A stretch of DNA of 64,000 bases, taken from the IMG/VR virus record IMGVR_UViG_3300028197_000782, positions 1-64,000 of that record; one strand, given 5' to 3'. A program made the position numbers and the translations under genes. Source of the DNA: a virus. The notes beneath the pieces were generated by a model. That model saw nothing but the letters and a program-made list of their open reading frames with translations, was not told the DNA's origin and searched no databases. Position 1 is the stretch's first letter. Each line of letters starts with the position of its first letter. Positions 1-8,386 of the stretch are shown in pieces.

Positions 1-1611
1 GGGAAGGCTCCCGGCCCAGATCCTTTAAGAAATGCTCTTACAAGTATCAAGAAGACCCTTGATGGAGCTATTAAAAATGGACAGAAGAAACTTAGACCTA
101 TTGAAGCATATGATATAGTAATGTATGCCGCCGATGCTGTAATTAGTGGTGGTGTTCGTCGTAGTGCTACAATTTGTCTTTTTTCCGCTGATGACGAAGA
201 AATGTCTAAAGCTAAAACTGGATCATGGTTTACTGATAATCCACAACGTGGAAGATCAAATAATTCTGCTTTACTACTTCGCAACGAAACGACCAAGGAA
301 CAGTTTTCTGAACTAATGCAATCCGTAAAAGAGTTTGGAGAGCCGGGATTTGTTTGGTCTGATTCTACAGAACTCATTGTCAATCCATGTGTAGAGATTG
401 GCATGTGGCCCGTAGATGAACAGACAGGTAAAACTGGATGGCAAGCTTGCAATCTGTCTACTATTAACTGCTCCAAAGTAACAACCAAAAAAGAATTTTA
501 TGAAGCTTGCGCTTCTGCCGCAATTATTGGTACACTGCAAGCTGGATTTGCTAGCTTTCCCTACCTTGGTGAAGTCTCGGAAAGAATTATTAGCCGTGAG
601 GCTTTATTGGGAGTGTCAATGACGGGTATCATGGAACAACATGAAATTTGCCTTGATCCCGAAGTGCAAAAAAGGGGTGCGGAAATAGTTAAAGAAACAA
701 ATAAAAAATTATCTGCACTAATTGGTGTTAATCAAGCAGCTCGTACAACATGTGTCAAACCAGAAGGTACATCAAGCTGTATTCTTGGAACATCTTCTGG
801 GATTCACCCCCATCATGCAAAGCGATATATTCGTAGAGTCCAAGCAAATAAAATGGAACCAATCTATCAATATTTTAGAAAAATAAATCCTAGAGCTTGT
901 GAGGAGTCCGTGTGGTCTAATAATGACTCTGATGACGTTGTAGCTTTCTGCGTAGAAGTTCCAGACGGAGCAAAGATTAAGAATCAAGTTGACGCAATTG
1001 CACTTCTTGAGTATGTAAAAAGCACACAGCGTAACTGGGTTATGAGTGGCACTAATCCAAAACAATGTACTCAACCTTGGCTAACACACAATGTATCTAA
1101 TACTATTAATGTAAAGCCAGAGGAGTGGGATGCTGTTACAAGTTTTATTTATAAACACCGTAAACATTTTTGCGGGGTTTCTTTGTTGCCGATTGCTGGA
1201 GATAAAGACTATGCACAAGCTCCATTTACAACCGTGTATTTACCTAGTGAGCAGATACAACACTATGGAGATGCTGCAATGTTTGTTAGCGGACTGATAG
1301 AAGTCGGACTCTCACTATACGAAGACAATCTATGGGCTGCTTGTGATAGCCTATTGGGCGTTGGTAAAAAAATAAAGGGGACAGATAAAAAAACTTACCT
1401 AGAAAGATGTCAAAAATTCTCTGATAAGTATATGGATGGAGATTTAAAACAATTAACATATTGTATGAAGGATGTCTACAATTGGCACGAGTGGTTGGAC
1501 ATTAAACGTGAATATAAAGATATTGATTATACAAATGTAATTGAAGAACAAAACAATGTAAATCCAGTTCAAGAAGTGGCTTGTGCTGGTGGTAAGTGCG
1601 AAATAATTTAG
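1..1611 (+). CDS. nrdJ: Class II (adenosylcobalamin-dependent) ribonucleotide reductase, 5'-truncated by window edge
   Basis: Frame is open from base 1 (GKAPGPDPL...). Motifs: GGVRRSA, active-site NPCVEI, TTCVKPEGTSS, and C-terminal redox pair CAGGKC. Confidence 0.9.
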   Translation, partial: GKAPGPDPLRNALTSIKKTLDGAIKNGQKKLRPIEAYDIVMYAADAVISGGVRRSATICLFSADDEEMSKAKTGSWFTDNPQRGRSNNSALLLRNETTKEQFSELMQSVKEFGEPGFVWSDSTELIVNPCVEIGMWPVDEQTGKTGWQACNLSTINCSKVTTKKEFYEACASAAIIGTLQAGFASFPYLGEVSERIISREALLGVSMTGIMEQHEICLDPEVQKRGAEIVKETNKKLSALIGVNQAARTTCVKPEGTSSCILGTSSGIHPHHAKRYIRRVQANKMEPIYQYFRKINPRACEESVWSNNDSDDVVAFCVEVPDGAKIKNQVDAIALLEYVKSTQRNWVMSGTNPKQCTQPWLTHNVSNTINVKPEEWDAVTSFIYKHRKHFCGVSLLPIAGDKDYAQAPFTTVYLPSEQIQHYGDAAMFVSGLIEVGLSLYEDNLWAACDSLLGVGKKIKGTDKKTYLERCQKFSDKYMDGDLKQLTYCMKDVYNWHEWLDIKREYKDIDYTNVIEEQNNVNPVQEVACAGGKCEII

Positions 1612-1622
1612 GAGGAATAATA

Positions 1623-2051
1623 ATGATGGGATTTGTATCTTACAAGTTATTAACCGAAACGTCACAGATGCCGTTCAAATCACATACGTCAGATGCTGGA
1701 TTCGATTTGATTGCCGACGAAAACGTTTGGGTATTTGGAAGAGAACGACAAACAATTAAAACCGGTATATCATTTGATATGCCTGACAATATGGCCGGAT
1801 TAATTTGGCCCAGATCTGGGCTAGCAGTTAAAAAGGGCATAGACGTTTTAGCTGGGGTTATAGATTCTGGCTATAGGGGAGAGATCATGGTTTGTTTATA
1901 CAATACTTCTGATGTAGATGTAGAAATAAAACGTGGGGATAGAATCGCGCAGATTATATTCCAAGAGGTTCCTGCTATCTCTTTAATGTTAAGAGAGGAA
2001 TTGGAGACTTCGCAACGAGGGAGTAATGGTTTTGGCAGCACAGGCACATAA
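1623..2051 (+). CDS. dut: Trimeric dUTPase
   Basis: Motifs AGFDL, PRSGLA, GVIDSGYRGEI, GDRIAQ, RGSNGFGSTG; GGAGG RBS at 1611-1615 supports the ATG at 1623. Confidence 0.97.
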   Translation: MMGFVSYKLLTETSQMPFKSHTSDAGFDLIADENVWVFGRERQTIKTGISFDMPDNMAGLIWPRSGLAVKKGIDVLAGVIDSGYRGEIMVCLYNTSDVDVEIKRGDRIAQIIFQEVPAISLMLREELETSQRGSNGFGSTGT

Positions 2052-2709
2052 TAATAGAAAAAAGCGTCAAGAAAAAAAAGCATTTAAACCAAACGTACTG
2101 GAGGCTAAGACTGAAAACCAAAAAAATTATATTAGATCTATTGTAGAAAACGATGTTGTTTTTTGCACAGGTCCATCTGGCAGTGGTAAATCTTTCATAG
2201 CAGCTGGAATCGCAGCACAAAAATTACTTAAAGATGAAATAGATACTATCATTGTTACCAGACCTTTAGTTTGTACGGGTCGAGACCTTGGGTCTTTGCC
2301 GGGAGAGCTAAATGATAAAATCAAACCATATCTACAGCCTATGGAAGAAAACTTACGTTACTTTTTAGGTAGAGATAAATTTGGTATGTATTTTAATCAA
2401 CGTAGGATTAGATTTGAACCATTAGAAACGATGCGTGGATCTACATTCCATGATTCATACATGATATTAGACGAGGCCCAAAACTGTACGCTGGAACAAA
2501 TTAAAATGTTTGTAACACGTATGGGTAAACATTCTAAATCATTAATTAATGGTGATAATAAACAAACGGACATATACAGGAACAGTGGTTTAGACTTTTG
2601 TATTGAAAGATTATCTAAAGTAGAGGGTGTCGGAATCTCAAAATTAGAGTATCATGATATACAAAGAAATGGTATAATTGGAGCTGTGCTTTACGCATTA
2701 GAATCATGA
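2026..2709 (+). CDS. phoH: PhoH-family ATPase
   Basis: Walker A GPSGSGKS, LGSLPG, MRGSTF, ILDEAQN, TRMG, GDNKQTD, DIQR. Confidence 0.95.
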   Translation: MVLAAQAHNNRKKRQEKKAFKPNVLEAKTENQKNYIRSIVENDVVFCTGPSGSGKSFIAAGIAAQKLLKDEIDTIIVTRPLVCTGRDLGSLPGELNDKIKPYLQPMEENLRYFLGRDKFGMYFNQRRIRFEPLETMRGSTFHDSYMILDEAQNCTLEQIKMFVTRMGKHSKSLINGDNKQTDIYRNSGLDFCIERLSKVEGVGISKLEYHDIQRNGIIGAVLYALES

Positions 2710-2879
2710 ACGAAGATGAAAAGACAAAGCTTATACGTCTTTGTCAGGAAAAAATAGAAGACCAAAAAAAACACGAAGCTACCGTTGGCTATAGTGAAGA
2801 CTATACTGACGGTAGAATCGTGGGTCAGGCTGCACTTGCAAGGCGTATATTATTGATATTAAATAAAAATTGGTATTAA
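2706..2879 (+). CDS. Small hypothetical protein, 57 aa (MNEDEKTKLIRLCQEK...LNKNWY), absent from ORF track
   Basis: ATGA overlap with the phoH stop; the open frame fills the gap exactly. Confidence 0.7.
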   Translation: MNEDEKTKLIRLCQEKIEDQKKHEATVGYSEDYTDGRIVGQAALARRILLILNKNWY

Positions 2880-2881
2880 CT

Positions 2882-2944
2882 CTGACTAATCAAGCTAAGT
2901 TACGGGGTTCTTACGCAAAGTCAGTGGAGCTGCAAAACCCCTAA
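2882..2944 (+). ncRNA. Repeated pseudoknotted RNA element, copy 1
   Basis: P1 CUGACU/AGUCAG; P2 GCUAAG/CUUA(C)GC; loop UUACGGGGUU pairs with AACCCCUAA; linker UGGAGCUGCAA. Confidence 0.75.
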
Positions 2945-2959
2945 TACAAAGGAAGAAAT

Positions 2960-3295
2960 ATGTTATATGATTATGGTTGTACGGAATGCGGGGAGACTCT
3001 GAAGGACGTAAAACAGTCTATTCATGACGAACCTCTAAAAAAATGTCCAAGTTGTGGCAAAAACTCTCTTGAGAGGGTAATATATGGTGGGCTGGGATCT
3101 TTCATGAAAGACTCAAGTACAATTGGTGGGAAAGCCGATAACAACTGGTCTAAGATGGGAAGTTACCAAAAATCAGAAATTGAAGCTAAAAGCAAAGCTA
3201 AAGTTGAAGCTAACGACAAAAAAGATCTTAGAAAACAATTGAATAATATGACATCAGAACAACGAACAAACTATATTATGAGAGGTGATAAATGA
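2960..3295 (+). CDS. FmdB-like zinc-ribbon protein
   Basis: YDYGCTECG...CPSCG...LERVI pattern typical of CxxC_CxxC_SSSS/FmdB proteins. Confidence 0.75.
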   Translation: MLYDYGCTECGETLKDVKQSIHDEPLKKCPSCGKNSLERVIYGGLGSFMKDSSTIGGKADNNWSKMGSYQKSEIEAKSKAKVEANDKKDLRKQLNNMTSEQRTNYIMRGDK

Positions 3296-3570
3296 GAATT
3301 ACATTTTACGACAAGAAGGGCGTACAAACTACTGATGAAGATAAAGCTTTTGCAAAAGAAATATCAGGATCAGAACAAAATAAATATTATATTCTAACTT
3401 GTAATAACTACCCTTATGATCCACAGGGTCCAGATAGCAATAGAGAAAGAAATCTATCTCTAACACTTAGGTCTACAAATCATATTGCTTTTATTGCTTA
3501 CACTAAATATTTGAACACTAGAAATTCAGTACACTATACGATGACCACAAGGAGTTTTTTAAATGGCTAA
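3292..3570 (+). CDS. Hypothetical protein
   Basis: ORF with GAGG RBS, overlapping both neighbours in an operon. Confidence 0.7.
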   Translation: MRITFYDKKGVQTTDEDKAFAKEISGSEQNKYYILTCNNYPYDPQGPDSNRERNLSLTLRSTNHIAFIAYTKYLNTRNSVHYTMTTRSFLNG

Positions 3571-3862
3571 GTTAAAAAAAGGACCATTGAGTAAAGCAGA
3601 ATCTTATTACATAGATGGACATTATAAAGATGTAACCGCAGCAGACATTGCAACAGACTTAAACAGAACAATTACATCTGTGGAAAATTATATTAAGAAA
3701 ACACACGTAAAACAAAAACCTGTAACTGGAACAGTAGCTGGCGATCATTTTGAGCATCACAAGGGAACAACTGTCATGACAGAGAATGCATCTACAATGG
3801 CAGACGCAAAAAAGAAAGTTGTCACACCTAGCCATACGAAATGTATAACTAAAATAAAATGA
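3563..3862 (+). CDS. Hypothetical protein with a possible HTH
   Basis: AADIATDLNRTITSVENYI resembles a helix-turn-helix; AGGAG RBS. Confidence 0.6.
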   Translation: MAKLKKGPLSKAESYYIDGHYKDVTAADIATDLNRTITSVENYIKKTHVKQKPVTGTVAGDHFEHHKGTTVMTENASTMADAKKKVVTPSHTKCITKIK

Positions 3863-4311
3863 AACCTATCATTGGAAAAGATGCTTTTTTAGAAAAGTAC
3901 AGAAGCTTATCTACTTATGAGAGACGCAGTGTTTGGATTCTGTTATTCCCAACAGGAGGTCCAACAATGTATATTCAAAAATTTAAGGATTGGCCTGAAA
4001 TTATTAAATACATAAAAGAGCAAAATTTGAGATTAGATAAAATTGGCTTGCAATACAAAACCAATACGATAGAATACTCCGTAAAGCAATCTGATGGCGT
4101 ATATATTAGTCAGACCGTCAGAGGTAATATGGGTGGAGAAACAATTGAATGTTTTAGTCTGGGCTTTGCAAAAGATGGAATAGTATATAGAACATTGTAT
4201 AGTACTCCAGATTTGACTCCAGACATGCAGTTAGAAGATAACATTGACGAAGTACTTCAGGAAGCGTTGTTAGTCTATGACAAAGAAAAGAACATCGAAG
4301 AGCAAATATAA
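3859..4311 (+). CDS. Hypothetical protein
   Basis: 150-aa ORF with ATGA coupling to the upstream gene. Confidence 0.65.
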   Translation: MKPIIGKDAFLEKYRSLSTYERRSVWILLFPTGGPTMYIQKFKDWPEIIKYIKEQNLRLDKIGLQYKTNTIEYSVKQSDGVYISQTVRGNMGGETIECFSLGFAKDGIVYRTLYSTPDLTPDMQLEDNIDEVLQEALLVYDKEKNIEEQI

Positions 4312-4774
4312 AAGAATCACTTGCGAAGGTTATTGTACTTTTGAAGATTACGTTGCAGAGTGGTTGATTATCCGTTGGACCGATGCTTTTAAAATGGATA
4401 AACCACCAAATGAATTTTGGAATATTCCCGGTAAGTATCAAGAGATGTACCAGAGGAATATGAAGGCTGCTAAATCTCTTCAGAAAAAGCATGAACCTGC
4501 ACTAATTTTTGCAGCTATCAGATCAGATCATTTTAAGAGTATATATCATTTAGGCTTAAAGTGTTATGGACCTAGAGGATGGAAATATAATCCGCTTGCA
4601 ATAGAAGCGGTAAAGAGGTATGATAAAGAGTTCAAGCAGTTATTAAAAGCGTCTGACATAGCAGAAGAACAGAAGAATAAACCGGTTGAACAAAAAGAAA
4701 CAAAACCATTACAATCAAGAAAACAAAAATATTCAAATAAGAAAACTTCTATAAACAAATTGAGGGATCTATGA
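4277..4774 (+). CDS. Hypothetical protein
   Basis: 165-aa ORF coupled to recA by an ATGA overlap. Confidence 0.65.
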   Translation: MTKKRTSKSKYKRITCEGYCTFEDYVAEWLIIRWTDAFKMDKPPNEFWNIPGKYQEMYQRNMKAAKSLQKKHEPALIFAAIRSDHFKSIYHLGLKCYGPRGWKYNPLAIEAVKRYDKEFKQLLKASDIAEEQKNKPVEQKETKPLQSRKQKYSNKKTSINKLRDL

Positions 4775-5883
4775 GCAAAGTTAAGAAAAGAAAAGTATCT
4801 ACCAAATTTGACACAGATGTTGTAACTAACTCTGTGGTTAGTAAATACGGTGACGTTGTTAGCACTGGCACAGAAGTATTAGAAACAATTAATCAGTTAG
4901 AAGTTGTTGGCGTATCTCCAGCATTAGATATTGCACTTGGAGGTGGATTGAGGGAAGGCTCTGTAGTTGTAATGACAGGCGATCCTAAGTCTGGAAAAAC
5001 TACAACAGCACTACACTTTGCTGCTAAGTGTCAAGCAAAAGGCAAGCGCGTAATCTACCTTAACACTGAGGGTAGGCTTTCCAAACAAAACTTTGACGGT
5101 ATTAAAGGTTTAGATCCTGAGAATATTCTGATTGTACAATCTACTGACGATAAGATTTTGTCAGCAGAACAATTCTTAAACATTACTGAGTATTATATTA
5201 ATAATGATCCGGGTTGTTTGATCATTGCAGACTCATTATCTAACATGGTTCCTTCTGTAGAACTAGATGGTGAAGTACGCACAGGCGTTCGCAACGCCCT
5301 GCCTCGATTACTATCTATGTTCTTTAAGCGGATTAGTGGTTCTCTTATGAAGAACAAAACAATTCTTATCGCGGTGACTCACAATATTGCAAACACTGGT
5401 GGATCGCCATACGCACCATCAAAGATGGCAGACTGTGGTAATATGCTACAGTATCAAGCTGGAACGAATATGGTTATTACTCATCGTGGTCGCTGGCAAG
5501 TTCCAAAAGATACTGGTCCACATGTGGGACAAATTGCTAATTGGAATATTAAAACATCTTGCGCTGGCGGTACTCCAAATAGTACAGCAGAGAGTTGGAT
5601 TCGTTATGGTATTGGTTTAGACGAAGTACAAGAAGTGGTACAGATTGCATGTGAGTTTAGGTTAGTAAAAACAGCAGGAGCATGGTATACAATTCAGTGC
5701 GCTGTGGACAACTTGGAAGATCCAGTAATACAGAAAATTTTAAAGGATAACGAAGTATCTGATAAAGAAGAAGACATTGAGAGATTTTTTAAGTTCCAAG
5801 GCTCTAATAACCTATCACAGTTCTTAAATGATAATACAGAGATTGCAGAGTTTATTTACAGTAAAATCAAAGAGTTATTCTAA
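4771..5883 (+). CDS. recA: RecA/UvsX-like recombinase
   Basis: SPALDIALGGG, Walker A GDPKSGKTT, YLNTEG, Walker B IIADSL, C-terminal AGAWY. Confidence 0.9.
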   Translation: MSKVKKRKVSTKFDTDVVTNSVVSKYGDVVSTGTEVLETINQLEVVGVSPALDIALGGGLREGSVVVMTGDPKSGKTTTALHFAAKCQAKGKRVIYLNTEGRLSKQNFDGIKGLDPENILIVQSTDDKILSAEQFLNITEYYINNDPGCLIIADSLSNMVPSVELDGEVRTGVRNALPRLLSMFFKRISGSLMKNKTILIAVTHNIANTGGSPYAPSKMADCGNMLQYQAGTNMVITHRGRWQVPKDTGPHVGQIANWNIKTSCAGGTPNSTAESWIRYGIGLDEVQEVVQIACEFRLVKTAGAWYTIQCAVDNLEDPVIQKILKDNEVSDKEEDIERFFKFQGSNNLSQFLNDNTEIAEFIYSKIKELF

Positions 5884-5886
5884 TCT

Positions 5887-5952
5887 ATCGCTGATAAAGC
5901 CAAGTTTTTGAGGGTTCTTGGGCGAGGCGATTGGGGTATCAAAACCCTCAAA
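5887..5952 (+). ncRNA. Repeated pseudoknotted RNA element, copy 2
   Basis: P1 AUCGCU/GGCGAU; P2 GCCAAG/CUUG(G)GC; loop UUUGAGGGUU pairs (10 bp) with AACCCUCAAA; linker UGGGGUAUCAA. Confidence 0.8.
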
Positions 5953-5990
5953 CATTAATGTGATTCTAACATACATTACGTGAGGTCACG

Positions 5991-6004
5991 GGGTATAATA
6001 CAGT
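5991..6004 (+). promoter_or_regulatory. Putative promoter -10 element GTATAATACAGT
   Basis: TATAAT at 5994-5999; the same 12-mer recurs on the - strand near 30386-30397. Confidence 0.5.
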
Positions 6005-6065
6005 ATTGATAAGGACACATTGTGTGTCTAATCCTACCTACCTTTTTATTGAAAAAGAGATTAAA

Positions 6066-7070
6066 ATGTTCACAAAACTCACCAATTTCTTCCGTTCTAC
6101 AAAACGCAAAGCCTTCACATTAATCGAGCTACTTGTTGTTATTGCCATTATTGGCGTACTTGTTGGACTATTGCTACCTGCCGTACAGCAAGCTAGAGAA
6201 GCTGCTAGAAGAATTTCTTGTTCTAATAATCTAAAACAACAAGGTCTTGCTATGCACAGCAGTTTGGACTCACAGCGATACTTCCCCGCTGCTTCTTGGA
6301 CTGTTGATTCTGCTGGATCGTCGCCAACTGGAAATCGTTCTGGTACAGAGCATAGTTGGAGAGCGTTTGTTTTGGGACAAATGGAACAAAGGGCGATAGC
6401 AGACCAATATGATTTTACTAAAAATTGGTGGGAGCAAAATGCTACAGTATTATCTGCAAATTTAAATGTCTTTAAGTGTCCATCTGCTATGCCTCCCGCT
6501 GGTGGTTATGCTAGTGTGGATGGGCCTAGTAGAGATGATGACAGTGCTGCTATTAGCATGAACCCTAATAATCTTGGATATACAGATTATGAGACATTCA
6601 CGGGAGTCAAGAGCAAAGTATTCCCTGCTACTTCTGATATCTATGCAGCAAAAGATAGAAACGAAGGGTGTCTAATTAAAGACGCTGTAACTAGAGATGC
6701 TCACATTAGAGATGGATTTTCTAATACTATGTTGATTATTGAATGTGGAAGTAGACCTGACACTTATAAGGCTGATACTAATAATGGTGGAACTCCTACT
6801 GGTGTTACTAATCAGTGTATTGGCTGGGCTGATAGTGTTGGGCCATTTAAGTTAGACGGTATGGATAGTAATGGAGATAAGTGTAAAAATTGTGCTGGTA
6901 ATATTCCTTTTGGAGTTACTAATAATGGTGAAGCGTTTAGTTTTCATCCCGGCATTATGAATGCTTGTTATGCTGACGGTTCCGTTAGAACTATTAATCA
7001 GAATGTAGATTTAAGAATTTTCGCTGGTGCTATTACCCGTGCTGGTGGAGAAGTAGGAACCATTGACTAA
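6066..7070 (+). CDS. Prepilin-type N-terminal cleavage/methylation protein with DUF1559 and H-X9-DG domains (planctomycete type)
   Basis: KA|FTLIELLVVIAIIGVLVGLLLPAVQQAREAARRISCSNNLKQ, DGFSNT, C-terminal HPGIMNACYADGSV; start re-called to the ATG at 6066. Confidence 0.95.
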   Translation: MFTKLTNFFRSTKRKAFTLIELLVVIAIIGVLVGLLLPAVQQAREAARRISCSNNLKQQGLAMHSSLDSQRYFPAASWTVDSAGSSPTGNRSGTEHSWRAFVLGQMEQRAIADQYDFTKNWWEQNATVLSANLNVFKCPSAMPPAGGYASVDGPSRDDDSAAISMNPNNLGYTDYETFTGVKSKVFPATSDIYAAKDRNEGCLIKDAVTRDAHIRDGFSNTMLIIECGSRPDTYKADTNNGGTPTGVTNQCIGWADSVGPFKLDGMDSNGDKCKNCAGNIPFGVTNNGEAFSFHPGIMNACYADGSVRTINQNVDLRIFAGAITRAGGEVGTID

Positions 7071-7182
7071 GCCTCTAAGCAAAGAGTATTTATTGAGCAG
7101 AGGTGTTTGTTGTGGTAGTGGGTGTAAGAACTGCCCCTACGTGCCTAAAAACACTAGGGGTAGTAAGGAAATTAAAAAATGA
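7063..7182 (+). CDS. Small Cys-rich protein, DUF5522-like (39 aa), absent from ORF track
   Basis: TTG start after AGGAA; translation MTKPLSKEYLLSRGVCCGSGCKNCPYVPKNTRGSKEIKK contains the RGxCCGxGCxxCPY signature. Confidence 0.8.
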   Translation: MTKPLSKEYLLSRGVCCGSGCKNCPYVPKNTRGSKEIKK

Positions 7183-7185
7183 ACA

Positions 7186-7214
7186 TTGCAATCATAGCTT
7201 TAAACTGCTATAAT
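7186..7214 (+). promoter_or_regulatory. Sigma70-type promoter
   Basis: TTGCAA (7186-7191), 17-nt spacer, TATAAT (7209-7214) with an extended TGn motif. Confidence 0.7.
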
Positions 7215-7215
7215 A

Positions 7216-7278
7216 CACTAGCCAACAAAGCCAAGTTAAGGGGTTCTTGAGCGAGGTTAGTGGTAGAACAAAACTCCC
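7216..7278 (+). ncRNA. Repeated pseudoknotted RNA element, copy 3
   Basis: P1 (CA)CUAGCC/GGUUAG(UG); P2 GCCAAG/CUUG(A)GC; loop GGGGUU pairs with AACUCC; linker UGGUAGAACAA. Confidence 0.8.
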
Positions 7279-7293
7279 AACACAAAGGACGTT

Positions 7294-7890
7294 ATGAAAA
7301 TTGTAGAAGTTATAGCTGTAGCTTATAAGAATATAGAACAAGTGAGATGTTTCATATATATGATGCAGTCTCAAACGGCAAACAATTGGAAGTTGAGAAT
7401 AATTCATGATGGAGACGGCGAGCCGTATGAGAATATGCTATCGGTTGTTAATAAAATAAAAGACGAAAGAGTTTTCATATCTTCGACAAACGAATGGAAA
7501 GGTAATGCTGGACATGCCTCTAGAGATTATGCTCTTAAACATCCTATTTTTGATTCACATTATACAGTATTAACTAATAGTGATAATTATTATGTTCCAA
7601 CATGGATCAGTGAAATAAATAAACGAGAAGAAGATTTTATATATTGGGACTGCATACATAATCATATCAATGTAAACTTTGACAGAAAAGTTCCTTATGG
7701 CCTATTGAATGTTAAGCTAGAAGGTGGATGCATAGATATGGGGTGCGTTGCAATAAAAACAAGTATAGCACGAAAAATTGGCTTTAATTCTAGAAGATAC
7801 TTAAGAGCTGATTGGGATTATTTTGAAGAGTGTTTACAGGACTGTACGAGTAAACACAAAATACCACAAATTTTATTTGTACATAATTAA
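7294..7890 (+). CDS. Glycosyltransferase family 2-like (GT-A)
   Basis: SQT..NW.L.IIHDG, GHASRDYAL, LTNSDNYY (DxD-like), ADWDYF. Confidence 0.75.
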   Translation: MKIVEVIAVAYKNIEQVRCFIYMMQSQTANNWKLRIIHDGDGEPYENMLSVVNKIKDERVFISSTNEWKGNAGHASRDYALKHPIFDSHYTVLTNSDNYYVPTWISEINKREEDFIYWDCIHNHINVNFDRKVPYGLLNVKLEGGCIDMGCVAIKTSIARKIGFNSRRYLRADWDYFEECLQDCTSKHKIPQILFVHN

Positions 7891-8094
7891 ATGAATATAA
7901 TTGATATTCTTGAAATTGCCACTGGCGTATTACTCGCCAAACTCATAGTAGGATTATTGAATGAAAGTTATTGGTATAAATGGGAGAGAATACGCTTGGA
8001 ATTTAACAAGCTATTCAGTAGACGCAAACGACAAGCGGAAAAGATCAAAGTTCCACGTTCGCGCAAGAAATCTCTTGAAGACTATCTTCCATAG
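7891..8094 (+). CDS. Possible small membrane protein overlapping the next gene
   Basis: Starts immediately after the GT2 stop; hydrophobic N-terminus followed by a basic tail; overlaps the 7961 ORF by 134 nt. Confidence 0.35.
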   Translation: MNIIDILEIATGVLLAKLIVGLLNESYWYKWERIRLEFNKLFSRRKRQAEKIKVPRSRKKSLEDYLP

Positions 8095-8386
8095 TTATAG
8101 AATATTAGAAGAAGTAAAGTTACCGGGAAGTACCCCTTCACACAGAAAAGGTGTATTGTACCTAGATTTTTACATTCCACAGATTATGTTAGCTATAGAA
8201 GTTCATGGTCAACAACACTATAAGTATACGCCATTCTTTCATAAGAATAAAGCAGACTTTGCTATTGCAAAAGCTAAAGATGAAGATAAAATAGAGTGGT
8301 GTGAATTGAACAAAATTGATATAGTAGTATTGAGGTACTCAGATACAGATGAGCAATGGAGAGAACAAATTGAAAACGGCGAGTGA
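7961..8386 (+). CDS. Vsr/DUF559-like PD-(D/E)XK endonuclease
   Basis: LYLDFYIP...LAIEVHGQQHY...KDEDKIEWC motif. Confidence 0.75.
   Translation: MKVIGINGREYAWNLTSYSVDANDKRKRSKFHVRARNLLKTIFHSYRILEEVKLPGSTPSHRKGVLYLDFYIPQIMLAIEVHGQQHYKYTPFFHKNKADFAIAKAKDEDKIEWCELNKIDIVVLRYSDTDEQWREQIENGE

Noticed and set aside
2877-2944. Stop-codon readthrough pseudoknot
   Set aside because: In copy 1 an in-frame TGA follows one codon after the TAA, copy 2 would add only ~24 aa, and the stop-to-stem spacing varies between copies.
5887-5952. RNA motif as an HDV-like/theta ribozyme (similar order: P1 ... P1'-UGG ... CAA-pairing strand)
   Set aside because: No G at the would-be cleavage position, the L3 UCxCG consensus and P1.1 cytosine are absent, no tRNA is adjacent, and the covarying GCYAAG/CUURNGC stem conflicts with P3/L3. 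Not assigned, although a cleavage assay is still worthwhile.
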